A stretch of 64,000 nt of DNA from Antedon mediterranea (Eukaryota; Animalia; Echinodermata), in NCBI RefSeq assembly GCF_964355755.1, contig NC_092672.1:34168437-34232436 (forward strand), read 5' to 3'. The notes beneath the pieces were generated by a model. It was not told where the DNA came from. It did no database searches and saw nothing but the letters and a program-made list of their open reading frames with translations. Made by a program: the position numbers and the translations under genes. Positions 1 through 12,028 of the stretch are shown in pieces (positions within the stretch are counted from its first letter, which is position 1; every line of letters starts with the position of its first letter).

Positions 1-948
1 GCCACTACGTGCATGTGTGTATTCGTCGTACGTCCGTGTACGTATTATTCCGTGCCTCTTCACTGTCATGTCTTGTTTATTAAAATTAAATAAACACCCG
101 ATATGAGGATATTTATTAGGCATGATAATTAGAATGTTCTATAACCAAAAGGGTTGAAAAGAATTTCTTCAGTAAAATGATCATTCTGCTGTTGAATAAA
201 AAGCGACTCGCAATCTGAAACATTCTCTGAAACCAATCGGAGCTGCTCCTTCTGGTATCTGTTTCCTTCTCACAGCTGCTACGTCTTTCTGCTGCCCGTC
301 GGGGATTCCCCTTTTTAAAAAACACGCACACGATATTCATACTGTACGATGGTTTTTCCATGGTCAAAATGTAGCGTTTTAATTTTACTAAAATACCTGC
401 ATGTGTAAAACGATCATATCGGCGAAGAAATCCCCTTTTTTTTATTTCTTCATTTTGAAAAGTCATAATTAAAATTAAATAACTATAGACACATAACTTG
501 TCAATAAATGCAAAATGATCAGTAAGTAGCCTATATAACATTTATTGTCTTACAACGCTGTTATTGTTTTAACTACTGTAAATATACGAAGGCCTACTAT
601 TTATACACGCGTATGTTGAAGAAAGATTCGTAATTGTGGCTCTATTAACTAATTTTAAAATCATATTAAATTAACATTTTCGAAACTATAAATCAGGGAT
701 AATCTTTTCGAAATCTTTTTAGAACTTTCAAACAAGGGACTATTTTTTAATGATTTTTAAAAAGCACATCACTCCATTATAACCTGTAAAATAAAAATTA
801 AAACACAAATTATGTATATAAATAGGGTAAACATTATAATGTATACGACATTTAGCGCGACCAAAGTAACAACGCAATCGATATCAAACGCAACCGCTAT
901 ATGATTAAAACAGCGTACTACTAGCGGCGGCACTTCCGAAATAAAACC

Positions 949-1148
949 GTGGGCGACTTTGCGATGGGGCGACTTTGCGTTGGGGCGACTTTGCGATGGG
1001 GCGACTTTGCGTTGGGGCGACTTTGCGATGGGGCGACTTTGTAATGGGGCGACTGTGCCGGGGCGACTTTGTTTTGGGGCGACTTTGCGATGGGGCGACT
1101 TTGTATTGGGCGACTTTGTATGGGGCGACTTTGCGATGGGGCGACTTG
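949..1148. repeat. GC-rich ~20-bp tandem repeat (GGGGCGACTTTGCGATG-type, ~10 units) upstream of ACOX3
   Basis: Repeated core GGGCGACTTTG with short variable ends; it explains ORFs 905-1183, 959-1162 and 975-1217. Confidence 0.95.
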
Positions 1149-1513
1149 ACTGGATCCCCTAGGAACGTATCTATTCTAGCCACCTATATTATAGTATTAT
1201 ATATACAATATATCTAGGCCCAGCTAGACTAGAGGGCCAATAGGTAGGCTGGAAAACCAGCAGTGTTAGCTGCATTGTCATTGCGATATACTGTACAGTG
1301 TAGCCTAATAAAAATTGGTCCGGCATAGCGCCGCTATACAATCTTTTTGGTCAAACTTATGTTTACTTTGAAAATGTACATTCATGAGCTTTGTAAATTA
1401 GTACTTGACTGTTGCCGGTTCTCTACTAGCACCCCACGGTACTCTAAATTGCTCATATATTATGAATTTATTGAATTACTTTCAGCATTGATTTACCAAC
1501 AACTTCAAGAAAC

Positions 1514-4500
1514 ATGTCCAAGTTGGAAAAGCTTAAAGACCTTGGGATAGTTCCATTCAAATCGGGACCTTTAGATTCCTACAGGTCAACGGCAAGATTT
1601 GATTGGATAAAAATGAAGATAACTATGGAAGGTGAAGATAAAATAAGATATATGGTATGTAAATATCTGTCTACACTAATAAACTTTATGTGACAAAAAA
1701 TTTGATGTGCCCATATATAGACATGATAATCTCATATCACTACCATATTTGGGCATATCACTACCATATTTGGGCATTTTTTTTTAGTTTGACAGACCTT
1801 AACAACTAGTTGCATACTTTATGTTCCAATTTTCTGTTTGATTTAATTCAATATTTATTTTCTAAATTGCTATTTTTATAGAATAAAATATGGAAAACTT
1901 TAGAGCTTGACCCGGAGTTTCAACACCCTCATCGCGAGTTGACAATCAAGGAAAAACGTGAGAGAACGTTTAAGCAGATGAAACGCTTAATAGAATATGA
2001 CCCCTTGCCAATCGATGTCGTCATGGAAAATCCTGTAGTGACCAACTGGTTCGTAGATGCAGTGGGAAGTTATGATTGGTCAGTATCTGTAAAGTTCAAC
2101 TTAAATAGAAATGTGAGATATTTGATTTATACTTATAGTTTATGAATTGTTAACAAACACAGTATAATGAACACCCATACCTTGATCCATACTGTTATAC
2201 CCCTTTCACACCAAAAGCAAAACTCCGGAGACACTCCGAAGTTGTTTTGGTGTGAAAGGTAAAATCAAGCAACTCCGGAGTATAAAACTGCAGGGTTGAA
2301 CAGCTGAACATTCTCCGGAGAGCGAACTGCGAGGACACCCCGATGTTTTGGTGTATGCTATATTTGTTTTTATAGTGTTTTCTTTGTTATTATGACGAGC
2401 AATGAATTTCCTTTTTGAGGATCAATAAAAGTTATCTTATCTTATCTTATCTTATCGTAAAAGGTACGTTTTGAATGGTCTTAAACCCCGGGGTGTCTCC
2501 TTTATTATCTATTATTTCTAGAAAATGTAACTGTATTTTGTTTTTATTTGAGAAATAAATTTATTGATTGATTGATTGATAGATCACTCCGGAGTTTTGG
2601 TGTGAAAGGGGTATTATTGTTCATTTAGTATTAGTATAACATATAATAATATGGGGTTGCTTATCACATGCTATGGAACTCCGAAATATATTGGATGCCT
2701 TTTATTTTAAAATCTCAGCTCTCTCTAATCTACATTACATGTGCTCCATCCATGATGTCGCCTTTTCTCTATACTGCTCTCTATCAGTTGTTATGTCTCT
2801 GAATGGGAGACATTATTGGAGGTACATGCGTTATTTGTATGTGGCAATAATTACATTTTATACTACAGGTTTTTGGTCAGTCTTTGATGTCTTTAGGCTC
2901 CAGGCGTCATTTACCTTTTGCAGAGAAGTGTGAAATACTTGAAGTAAGTCTTTTGAAAGTTCTTTTGGATCAAAATTATTACAAAGTATACTGTAGAAAG
3001 TCTTTTGAAAGTTCTTTTGGATCTGGATTTGGATTTCTGTAGAAATGTTTAAATTATGGATTGCACTCATACTAGTATAATTGCATTGTTTTCACATGAC
3101 AGCACCCTGAACTGTGATGCTTGATCAGGTGACCCCTTGCAACTCAAGTCTGGGTGCAGGCAAACAAATGTGCAAAAATCCCATTTTCATTTTAGGTATT
3201 TGACAATTAGTAGACAGTTAGATGGTTTTTTACCAAACTCTGAGTCTGACGTACAAAGCTATACCAATTAATCAAAAAAATGTTCCTACCCAATTCCCTT
3301 ACCTAATCTCTGTCTACACTATCCATATAATTATAAGCAAATCGTATTTTTTGTCAAATAAAGTTTGAAATTTAGATACTTTGATTGTTCAGAATTAAAA
3401 AAACATATTTTGTTATCAGATTGCAGGTTGTTTTGCATTGACAGAGCTCTCACATGGAACCAATACTAGAGCTATGAGGACCACAGCCACCTATGATTCC
3501 ACAACACAGGTAGAATAGCTACTGTACTAACAATCTTTGAAAATTGTTTAGAATACTTTTCGAGTTTAATGAATTTTGAATCAAGAGGAGCTTTAGTAAT
3601 GTTTTAGACAGTCAATTCTCTGAAAACTGCACCTTTTGCAAATTCTTGATTTGAGAGAGTTTCCAGTGTTCATGGAATCTGTTTTTCTGTAATTATTTTT
3701 TATTTTTAAAAAACCAATGTAAAACAATTGTAACACAAATATAACAAATAGCGTACATATAAATAAAAACACAACATATTCCATATATTATATAACCATA
3801 CTCTTTTATTGTTTAATTTACACAGGAATTTGTTATAAACACTCCAGATTTTGAAGCCACTAAGTGCTGGGTGGGTGTCCTCGGAAAAACCGCAACCCAT
3901 GCCATTGTCTATGCACAGCTGTACACAGAGGATGGAAAATGCCATGGTCTACACTCGTTTGTTGTGCCTATTCGAGATCCTAACACGCTCAGAGCGATTC
4001 CTGGTGTTGTAGTTGGCGATATGGGAAAGAAACTTGGACAGAATGGTTTAGATAATGGATTTGTGTCTTTCAATAATCTTCGGATTCCACGGGAATATCT
4101 GTTGAATCGTAATGGTGATGTTTCTCCTGATGGAAAATACTTATCCCCATTTAAGGTAAATAGGAAATAACAATGTAATCTTTATTTATTTATACTGGGT
4201 GACCTCTTCAGTCAAAGACTGGTCTCCCAGAGGGACCAGTTATGATCAGTGGATGTGATGTACCAGTACACCGGGGTAACCCCCTACTCGTCTCAATAGA
4301 TGTATTACAGTAGAACCTTCATTTTACGTACGGTACGGGAACGAAAGGCGTATGTAAAACACAGGATTCGTAAAATCAAGGTTGACCTTACATTGACCCC
4401 AAATACGTAGAGATCGTCCTTATCCGAGAAGACTCGTTCTACCACCAGAACCATGGAGTGAGTGAGCCTCGAACCCTTGCCGATGTTTGTTATTATGGCT

Positions 4501-7500
4501 ACGTAATTACGGTTTCACTGTCTTAACCGCTCCGCCACTCACTCACAAGTATCGTTTTTTGGTCCATCAAATGCAAAAAAAAAGAAATAAGTACAATGAA
4601 ATACTACAGTACTCATAACTATGTTTTGCAAGTTGATGTTGAAAATATATATAAAATGCAATCTGTCTCTTTTCAGGACCCCAACAAGCGATTTGGCGCA
4701 TCATTAGGAGCTTTGTCAAGTGGTCGTGTTGGGATTACATCCATGGCCGTCACAAATCTGAAATCGGCACTAGCTATAGCTGTACGATACTCGGCTGTAC
4801 GTAAACAATTTGGACCAACGCCGAACAAAGAGTTACCGGTCATTGAATACCAGATGCAGGTAAACACACAAGGTTATCTCTGAATTATTTGTGATAGCAA
4901 ATGTAGAATTTAGGAAGGATCAAAGCTAGTGGTTAGAAGTATTAAAAGCATAGTCAGATCTCTGTGTGTATTATTAAGCCTTGTCTAAACTTGATATGTT
5001 TAATAAATGTACATCTCCAATAGGTGTCTGGTTGTATTGTTATGTATATTATACAGTATTAATGTATTGGATAAAAATGTTGGAATGGTACTGTATACAG
5101 TAAAATTTAGTGTGGAAAAGAAGGCATAGAGGATTGTCAGATGGACGTCAGTGAATGAATGTACCATAATTCTGTCTCATCATCTCATCATACATGTAAA
5201 GCTATGATGTCTACACTATCAACAATTATGTGACCAAACAATGTGATGTGCCTATATATGGAAATGATGATGTCATATTATTACCATATTTGGGCACATC
5301 ACACTTTTTTTGTCAAACTAGTTTGATAGTGTAGACAGAGCTTGACACTTACAGTGTGAAGCTGGTGCTTGATTTTAGGTACAATTTAAATGTTTATATT
5401 CTGAAATAAATATGAGAAACATGTGTACATGTGCATTAGTACTTATAGTCAGGCCTGCTTATAGTGTAGGAAATTTATTTCCAAGTTTTATAAATATTTA
5501 TTTATATTTTATTATAGTTTAATAATGTGCAATTATTTAACACATTTTTTAGTTTTGAGTTTGAAGTCTGATCTAAAAAAATTTTTTTTTTAAATTATAT
5601 TTCAGCAATGGCGTCTTATTCCATATATTGCTGCTCTTTATGCTTTAAGTACAATGTCCACCATGTTGATGAAGGAATTTATTGATTTTGCTCTCAATCT
5701 AGTCATGGGTGTGAAAAATGCTAAACAAGTAAGTTTCAGTTTGAAAGAAGAACATTATAACAAATCCTAAATCAACATCATTTGTGGCCTAATAGTAATA
5801 CTGGAAGTCTCCTGACTGTGAGTCAGCATAACACAATACTAGCTTTCAACAAATGTTTTTGAAAGTCCACAGCGCTCTTTATGAAATAGCGCTATATAAA
5901 TGTATATATTACTAGAGTTCTCTATAACAACAGCAACTGCATTTTGTAGTTTAAAAAATGTGTTCATTTACTGTATAGCATAAATTGATGATAATTTTCT
6001 TTCTAGGCTGATTTAGGGAAGGAGATCCATGCAATATCGAGTGCATCTAAACCCCTGGCTGGCTGGACAGCACGTGATGCAATACAAGAGTGTAGAGAGG
6101 CCTGCGGAGGCCATGGATATCTGGCTGGTATTTACATTCTTTGTTATATTTATTTAAAGATTATACATGTACTTTATTACCATTATTTTATGTGACGACA
6201 AAAAGGGAATTACTATATGTAGTACTGTAGGAATACTCTATTAGTCCAGTTCCCTATGTCGAAAAAGTGCCTTTGTGTGTAAATCATGGGGAAAGTGTAA
6301 ACATTGTGTGTTCTTGTTATATTATGACAATACTGTAATGTACACAAAAAATTAATGAATTCATTGTTATTACAACAGTGCAAAAATAATGCAAATCCAT
6401 TTTTAATAAAGAAAATTAAAAGTAAAAAAAACTCAAATTTTTTGTTTTATCGTACTTAAAATTACGTATATCGTTTGACACAGTAAACCGATTTGGTGAG
6501 CTGAGAGATGACAATGATCCGAATTGTACGTACGAGGGTGACAACAATGTACTTCTACAGCAAACTAGCAATGCCTTGTTGGGGATGACAAAAGCGGTTC
6601 AAACCGGTAAGAACTAGCTAATAGCAGATTCTTGCTCAAATAAACCAGTTCAAACCAGTAAAGAAATAGTATTATAGTTATTTTATTTTGGTTTAGGTGA
6701 AGTTGTGCAAACACCCTTAAAGTCAATGGATTTTTTGAATGATATGAATTCCATAATAAAACAGAAATTCACTGCAACAACGGAACAACAGATGCTAGAT
6801 CCAGCAAGTAAGAATAATATTTTATTTAAGTTGTATTTTGCGAAATAAATCATTTTCCTTATTTGTTCATTCATTGGCTCATATGATTGTATTGATTTAT
6901 AATATATGTCCTGTGTTATCTATACTATACTGATTCCTCTATATTGAATCAAATAATTATTTGTTTAGTTTCATTGGCTGCTTATAAGTGGCTGGTTGTC
7001 TACCTGTGTAAAGAAAGTTCACAGAAGCTACTAAGAGAGAAAAGACAAGGACAGGACAGTTTCACAGCTCGTAGCAACAGCCAAGTATATTACTGCCGCT
7101 CACTATCTATAGCATACATTGAGGTACTTATATATCATATAGTTCTTCATCTTCATCACCGTAAAGCTCTATCTACACTATCAAACTTTATGTGATGTGC
7201 CCATATATGGACATAATGATGTCATATCATATTTAAGCATACACTTCACACTTTTTTTGTCAAACTAGTTTGATAGTGTAGACAGAGCTTAAGTTCCACA
7301 ATCAACATAAATTATTATTACAGAACTAGGAGGCCTACCAAAAGGCCTACTTTTAAATGGTGGCGGTATGTGACAGTGCCTGTGTGAACTAGTACACCAG
7401 GGTAACCCCCTACTCGTCTCAAAAGATATACAGGGGTACTACCTTCTGTGCACATGAGCATACTGGACCTACGGTTTATAGTCCATATCCGAGAAGACTT

Positions 7501-8992
7501 TTTCTACCACCAGAACCATGGAGTGAGTAAGGCTTGAACCCTTGCCGATATTATGGCTACGTATTACGGTTATACTACAGGTATATCCCTCGCTACAGTT
7601 GATGCTTTTTATCTATTGTAATATTGTCTTTAGAATTATAGATGTGGGACTATTGATCAATATAAACACAACCAACATGCCATTTTTTTTTCCACAGCAT
7701 ATGACTCTGCAAGTCTTTCATGATTTCTGTTGCAATCCTTCACTTCCAAAAGACATCTCAACAACCTTAAGAAAACTGTGTGCTTTGTATGGTTTGTGGT
7801 CACTGCAGAAACACATGGCTACATTTTACCAAGGTATGTATGTGTTTATTTGTTTGATTTTTACTCATTTACATTTATAAACTTCATATAAAGTAATATG
7901 TGGTGTATTTAGATTGAGGATTGAACTTGCGAATTATAGTAATATTATGAAATACTGATACAGTATTGGGGTCAGATGTCAGATATTGTAGGCTGGCCAT
8001 TCCCTTCTTTGAAACAGTTGGTAGAATGAGTATCCATGTAAAGGGAGTGTGGCACAGTGTGTTGGACCTTAGGCTACTGATAGTAAAATCGTGGGTTCGA
8101 ATCCAATGCTCTTCGCATTGCTTGTATTCTTGGTCAAGACTTTACTTACGTTTGCCTCTCTCCACCCAGGTGTATAAATGGGCACCTGGTAAGGTCAAGA
8201 CACAACTTTGCACTGATTACTAGCTGCATAATTAATATTAAAGTGTGTTTGATCAAGAAATGACCGAGTAATAATATGTACAGCTCTTAGAGGTTTCAAA
8301 ACATTAGGGGCTTATAAATCCAGGATATTATTATTATTATTATTATATCACTGGCAGCAGACAAACCTTTTACATCATTCTAGGTGGTTACTTCAGTGGT
8401 GGTGAACCAGCCAACCTGGTACAAACCACCATTCTGTCCCTATGCTCTGATCTCAAGCAAGATGCCGTAGCTTTAGTTGATGTCTTTGCACCGCCAGATT
8501 TTATTCTCAATTCACCTATTGGAGCTTCTGATGGACAGGTATGCTTTTATTTACTATAGTAAAACCCTTCCCTCATATTACAGAGGAAATCCCCAGAGAC
8601 CACTTTTCACTCTTTTTAGAACAATATGTGTATTTCAGTCTACTGTCCCAATACCAGACACCCATGGGATGGGCTAATATTTCTGGTATTTGCCGGTAAA
8701 AATTAATTTAGAATCTTTAGACATCAAGAGAAGTAGGTTATGAAAGAGAGTTTGCAGAAAGTCTGGTATTGGGAGAGTTGACTCAGTATTATAAATCAAA
8801 TTTTATAAAATATAATTTACAAAATTGTATAAACTTCTGATGAAATGTTTTCATCTATTATTTAATACACAGCTGTATAAGAACCTTTACGGAGCTCTAA
8901 TACAAGAAGAAGGTGCATTGGAAAGGCCGTCATGGTGGAAAGAGTTTGTGCAGAAACCTGTTAAAGGCTCACGACAGCTAGCTAAGTTGTAA
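1514..8992 (+). CDS. ACOX3: Peroxisomal acyl-CoA oxidase 3 (pristanoyl-CoA oxidase), 14 coding exons, ~697 aa
   Basis: Exons 1514-1654, 1882-2112, 2869-2943, 3420-3509, 3826-4155, 4677-4859, 5606-5728, 6007-6127, 6484-6606, 6697-6807, 6969-7123, 7698-7833, 8384-8538, 8873-8992; all GT-AG and phase-consistent (2094 nt). Motifs [61 protein letters not shown] match ACOX3 as recalled; C-terminal PTS1 AKL. Confidence 0.96.
2198..2613. mobile_element. PIF/Harbinger-type MITE carrying two nested retroelement 3' tails
   Basis: TIR TACCCCTTTCACACCAAAA / TTTTGGTGTGAAAGGGGTA with TTA on both flanks; internal AATAAA+(TTATC)n and AATAAA+(TTGA)n tails. Confidence 0.8.
4180..4543 (-). mobile_element. tRNA-derived Deu-domain SINE (further partial copies ~7370-7570 -, ~47335-47540 +, ~51720-51790 +)
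   Basis: Minus strand has A box TGGCGGAGCGG, B box GGTTCGAGGC and a (TAAA)n tail. The family body (AAACCGTAGGTCC...TTAAAGAACC...GAGTAGGGGGTTACCCCGGTG, pieced together across copies) resembles the Deu/Nin domain as recalled. This copy is interrupted at ~4307-4415 by a TACAGT-ended fragment. Confidence 0.75.
5200..5342. mobile_element. Dominant ~140-160 bp PIF/Harbinger (Tourist-like) MITE, copy
   Basis: Family TIR AGCTCTGTCTACACTATCAAACT...AGTTTGATAGTGTAGACAGAGCT, left end degenerate here. Other copies not listed separately: ~1666, 12484, 26042, 32547, 35433, 37500, 42353, 42593, 48003, 49812, 56155, 61590. Confidence 0.85.
7165..7289. mobile_element. Dominant Harbinger-type MITE, copy
   Basis: Both TIRs present; TAA...TAA target duplication. 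Confidence 0.9.
8043..8345 (+). mobile_element. tRNA-derived CORE-domain SINE (partial copies ~55540-55668 + and ~36985-37157 -)
   Basis: A-box-like TGGCACAGTG, B box GGTTCGAATCC, CORE-like TCTTGGTCAAG...CTCTCTCCACCCAGGTGTATAAATGGG, (TAT)n tail. Confidence 0.75.
8637..8785. mobile_element. Short TcMar-like MITE
   Basis: Inverted ends CAGTCTACTGTCCCAATACCAGAC / GTCTGGTATTGGGAGAGTTGACT. Confidence 0.55.
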
Positions 8993-9026
8993 GCTAACCT
9001 TGATATTTTGAATCCCACCATTGTAT

Positions 9027-9778
9027 AGCTCGGTCCACACTATCAAACAACAAATGTGATGTGCCCATATATGAACATGATGACATCATATCACTACCAT
9101 ATTCGAGCACATCACACATTTTCTCAGGGTTGTAGCCACAATTACGGTTGGTAAGATTTCAACCTGACCACTTTTTCACAGAGGCCTTTGACAACACTGT
9201 GGCTTGAACAGAGATTGTTCACTTTTCTTGCGCAAACCAGACCACTTTATGTAACTTCCAAATATGGAAAGAATTAATGTTAAATAGAATTAAAAACATA
9301 TAAGGATGAGAAGAAGAAATTTATTACAGGTTGGTATCGGATGAATCAGAAGTACATTGTGTTATTTACCTTGGTTAATTTATACCTAGTTAGTTTGTAC
9401 TGAGTCAGACCTAGGTGATGATTGGTATATTTAGACCATTGGTTAGAATTGCTTATCAGGTTCAATGCCTGTCATGTGACCAAATTGGATTTATTCTATC
9501 AGACAATACCTAATGTAAAAATGTTTTTAAATGTTATTGCATGGTTGTTGAAATTGCAATGTCATATCATCTATACACAGAGAGTTTTGGATTTGCAACA
9601 ACCTAGCAGGGCCGTAGCCACCAGTACGGTTGGTAAGATTTCAACCTGACCACTTTTTCTTTGACAACCCAGTGGCTTGAACAGAGATTTTTCCCTTTTC
9701 GTTCGAAAACCGAACCACTTTATTTCTTGTGGCTACATCACTGTTTTGTCAAACTAAACTGATAGTGTAGCCAGAGCA
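9027..9778. mobile_element. Dominant MITE in the ACOX3 3'UTR, split by a ~620-bp insertion (9125-9743)
   Basis: MITE left part 9027-9124 and right TIR 9744-9778; insertion bounded by CAGGGTTGTAGCCAC / GTGGCTACATCACTG. Confidence 0.8.
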
Positions 9779-9802
9779 TAATGAACAGACAGACAATTTT
9801 TA

Positions 9803-10338
9803 CTGAGGTGGATTGCTATAAAACAGTCTTAACTGATGGTCTTAACTCCCCGATTAAAGCCGGCTTTATCAGATAGACGGTCTTATTAAAGCCACTCCTG
9901 ATAGACCATTGCTATAAACCAGTATTAGATAAGACCGCGTAAAGTAACAAATTGAGGGCGTACTTTGCGCGTAGAATACCAAATAAGGTAATGTTCGTCA
10001 CGCTTGTTCAATTCACAATCATAACAGTACGTACATTTCTACGCGAGAAAATCCATTCTAGGCCTATATAACAATAAAATCACCGTTATTATTTGATTTA
10101 ACACTTAAAACTCGTTCAATTGGTTGTCTTTGACGATAAATAATACGTAAAAGCAACAAAAAGAGAGGTTTAAGACTGTTTTAAGACTCCTTCGAGTAGG
10201 CTTTAATTTTAAAGACCGTTTACAGGTTAGACCGCGGTATAGCAATGGTCTATAATATAAGACTACTTGCTACGTCACAAATTATAGCCGGCTAAGCGCT
10301 AAGACCGGTTATAGACCGCTTATAGCAATCCGCCCCTG
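9803..10338. mobile_element. Non-autonomous DNA element with ~25-bp TIRs
   Basis: CTGAGGTGGATTGCTATAAAACAGTCT vs AGACCGCTTATAGCAATCCGCCCCTG, with internal subterminal repeats (AGACC/GGTCT, TTGCTATA); TSD not resolved. Confidence 0.65.
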
Positions 10339-11858
10339 AAAATAAAATGATGTTATTACTATTAGAGCAGGCAGGGAGTTGTTATACCTGGAACAGGTAA
10401 ACATGCTAATGAATACCTAGTTATTGGTATGTTGGTTTAATTTTCACCAGCTGATCATCACATTTAAAAAAAAAAATTTCGATTCAAGCTATGTGTGTGA
10501 CATGCTATGTGTGCCAAAATCTTAATCTTTTTTCTAATATTAAGCAGTAAGCACTGACTAATGAATGCCATACCTACCATGTATTTTTTAAATAATTATA
10601 GAGTTAAATTAAGTGCTGATTTTGCTTCTTGCTATTTTAATAGCATAAAAAAGAGAGGAAGACCTTTTCGTTATTAACACTGGGTGTTACAGTAAACTTG
10701 AATATACAAAATGAGCGAATTATTTGTAACGTTCAAAAATATGGACATTATTTTAAACAAACAATAAATATGCAAAACAAATTAAAATTTTAGGCTATAT
10801 TTCTTTAGTCTGTAAATGTAATTAACAACTTTTGTATAAAATAGGTAAATAATATCAAAGTAACTGAATTATAAATTATATATTTCAATTATTATGAATA
10901 AAATATAAATTAAAATATAAAGTGTGTTGATTCTGAGTTGGGCCTGTAATTGGGGAAGGAGACCCAGCAAGAAAACATACAAAATGGGGTAATCCTATGC
11001 CAAAAATATGATCACATATAATAAACTTAATGTAAATGAGGTACATTTTATTTTACAATCATTTTATGGTCAATCATTAAAAATATTACATACACAGTAT
11101 ATAGTCTAAAATTACATATTAAAATGTGATTTCCATCACGAAAAACTTAACAATTTTACAAGTACAGTCACTTTTTTTAAATCGAAAACCCAGAAACTCA
11201 TAAGCCATATTTTTCTTATGGTTCCATAGATCCCAATTGTCTAAAATTATTTAAAATTCATTATGAAATCCTTCTTTTGTTGGGCCAGCCCATGGGTGAC
11301 TGATTCTGGAAGAGTTAATTGTATAATGATCAACTACAGTTATAATTGATTTTAAAATAAAATACTCTTAATAAATTTATATTTTACAATTAAAATAAAC
11401 TTATGCAAACATAACTGCTGTACTATATAAACTAATTGTCATTGATTATCCAAATAATCAAATTAAAATGACACGAATAATAACTATGGCATCAAATTGT
11501 CCTCCAATACAAATGTCTTATTCCTGGTCTGTAAAAAATTGTCATTGTTGTGACTGTGTCTAGAATATTTTGCAATACTGTATACCCTCATTTCTGACCT
11601 ATACCAAAATAACACAAGTTGAGCAAACAAAAATGTTAAATGATAGTTCACTTTATTGTGAAAATTAGTCTGCTAAATATATAAAATATAAAAACTTTTA
11701 AAGATAAAGATTTCAAATATTACATAAAAAAAAGTAGGATAAAAAGACAAAAATTCGAAAGAAGAGTAGTAGAAATCGCATAATATTATTACCAACATTG
11801 TTTTTGTAGGAAACTTGTATTCTTTATGTTCTATTCTATCTGTATAATACATAATTAA

Positions 11859-12002
11859 AGCCCTGTCTACACTATCAAACTTGTGACAACAAAATGTGAT
11901 ATGCCCATATATGGACATGATAATGTCGTACCACTACCATACATGGGCATATCACTACCATATTTGGGCACATCACACTAGTTTGATATTGTAGACAGAG
12001 TT
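11859..12002. mobile_element. Dominant Harbinger-type MITE in the septin 3'UTR
   Basis: TIRs with TAA...TAA; lies 26 bp past the septin stop codon. Confidence 0.88.
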
Positions 12003-12028
12003 TAAGCCCATACACTAAATGGATTCTT

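Noticed and set aside
116-541. 141-aa minus-strand ORF at the window start
   Set aside because: No recognisable domain, low coding character and no supportable exon structure. It could overlap the 5' end of a gene outside the window.
905-1217. Repetitive ORFs on both strands (KVAP/WGDF repeats)
   Set aside because: They are translations of the 20-bp tandem repeat, with no splice context or recognisable domain.
8043-8115. Possible tRNA genes (also ~4470-4543, 27165-27220, 44430-44491)
   Set aside because: A and B boxes are present but the stems are broken and the sequences continue into SINE bodies.
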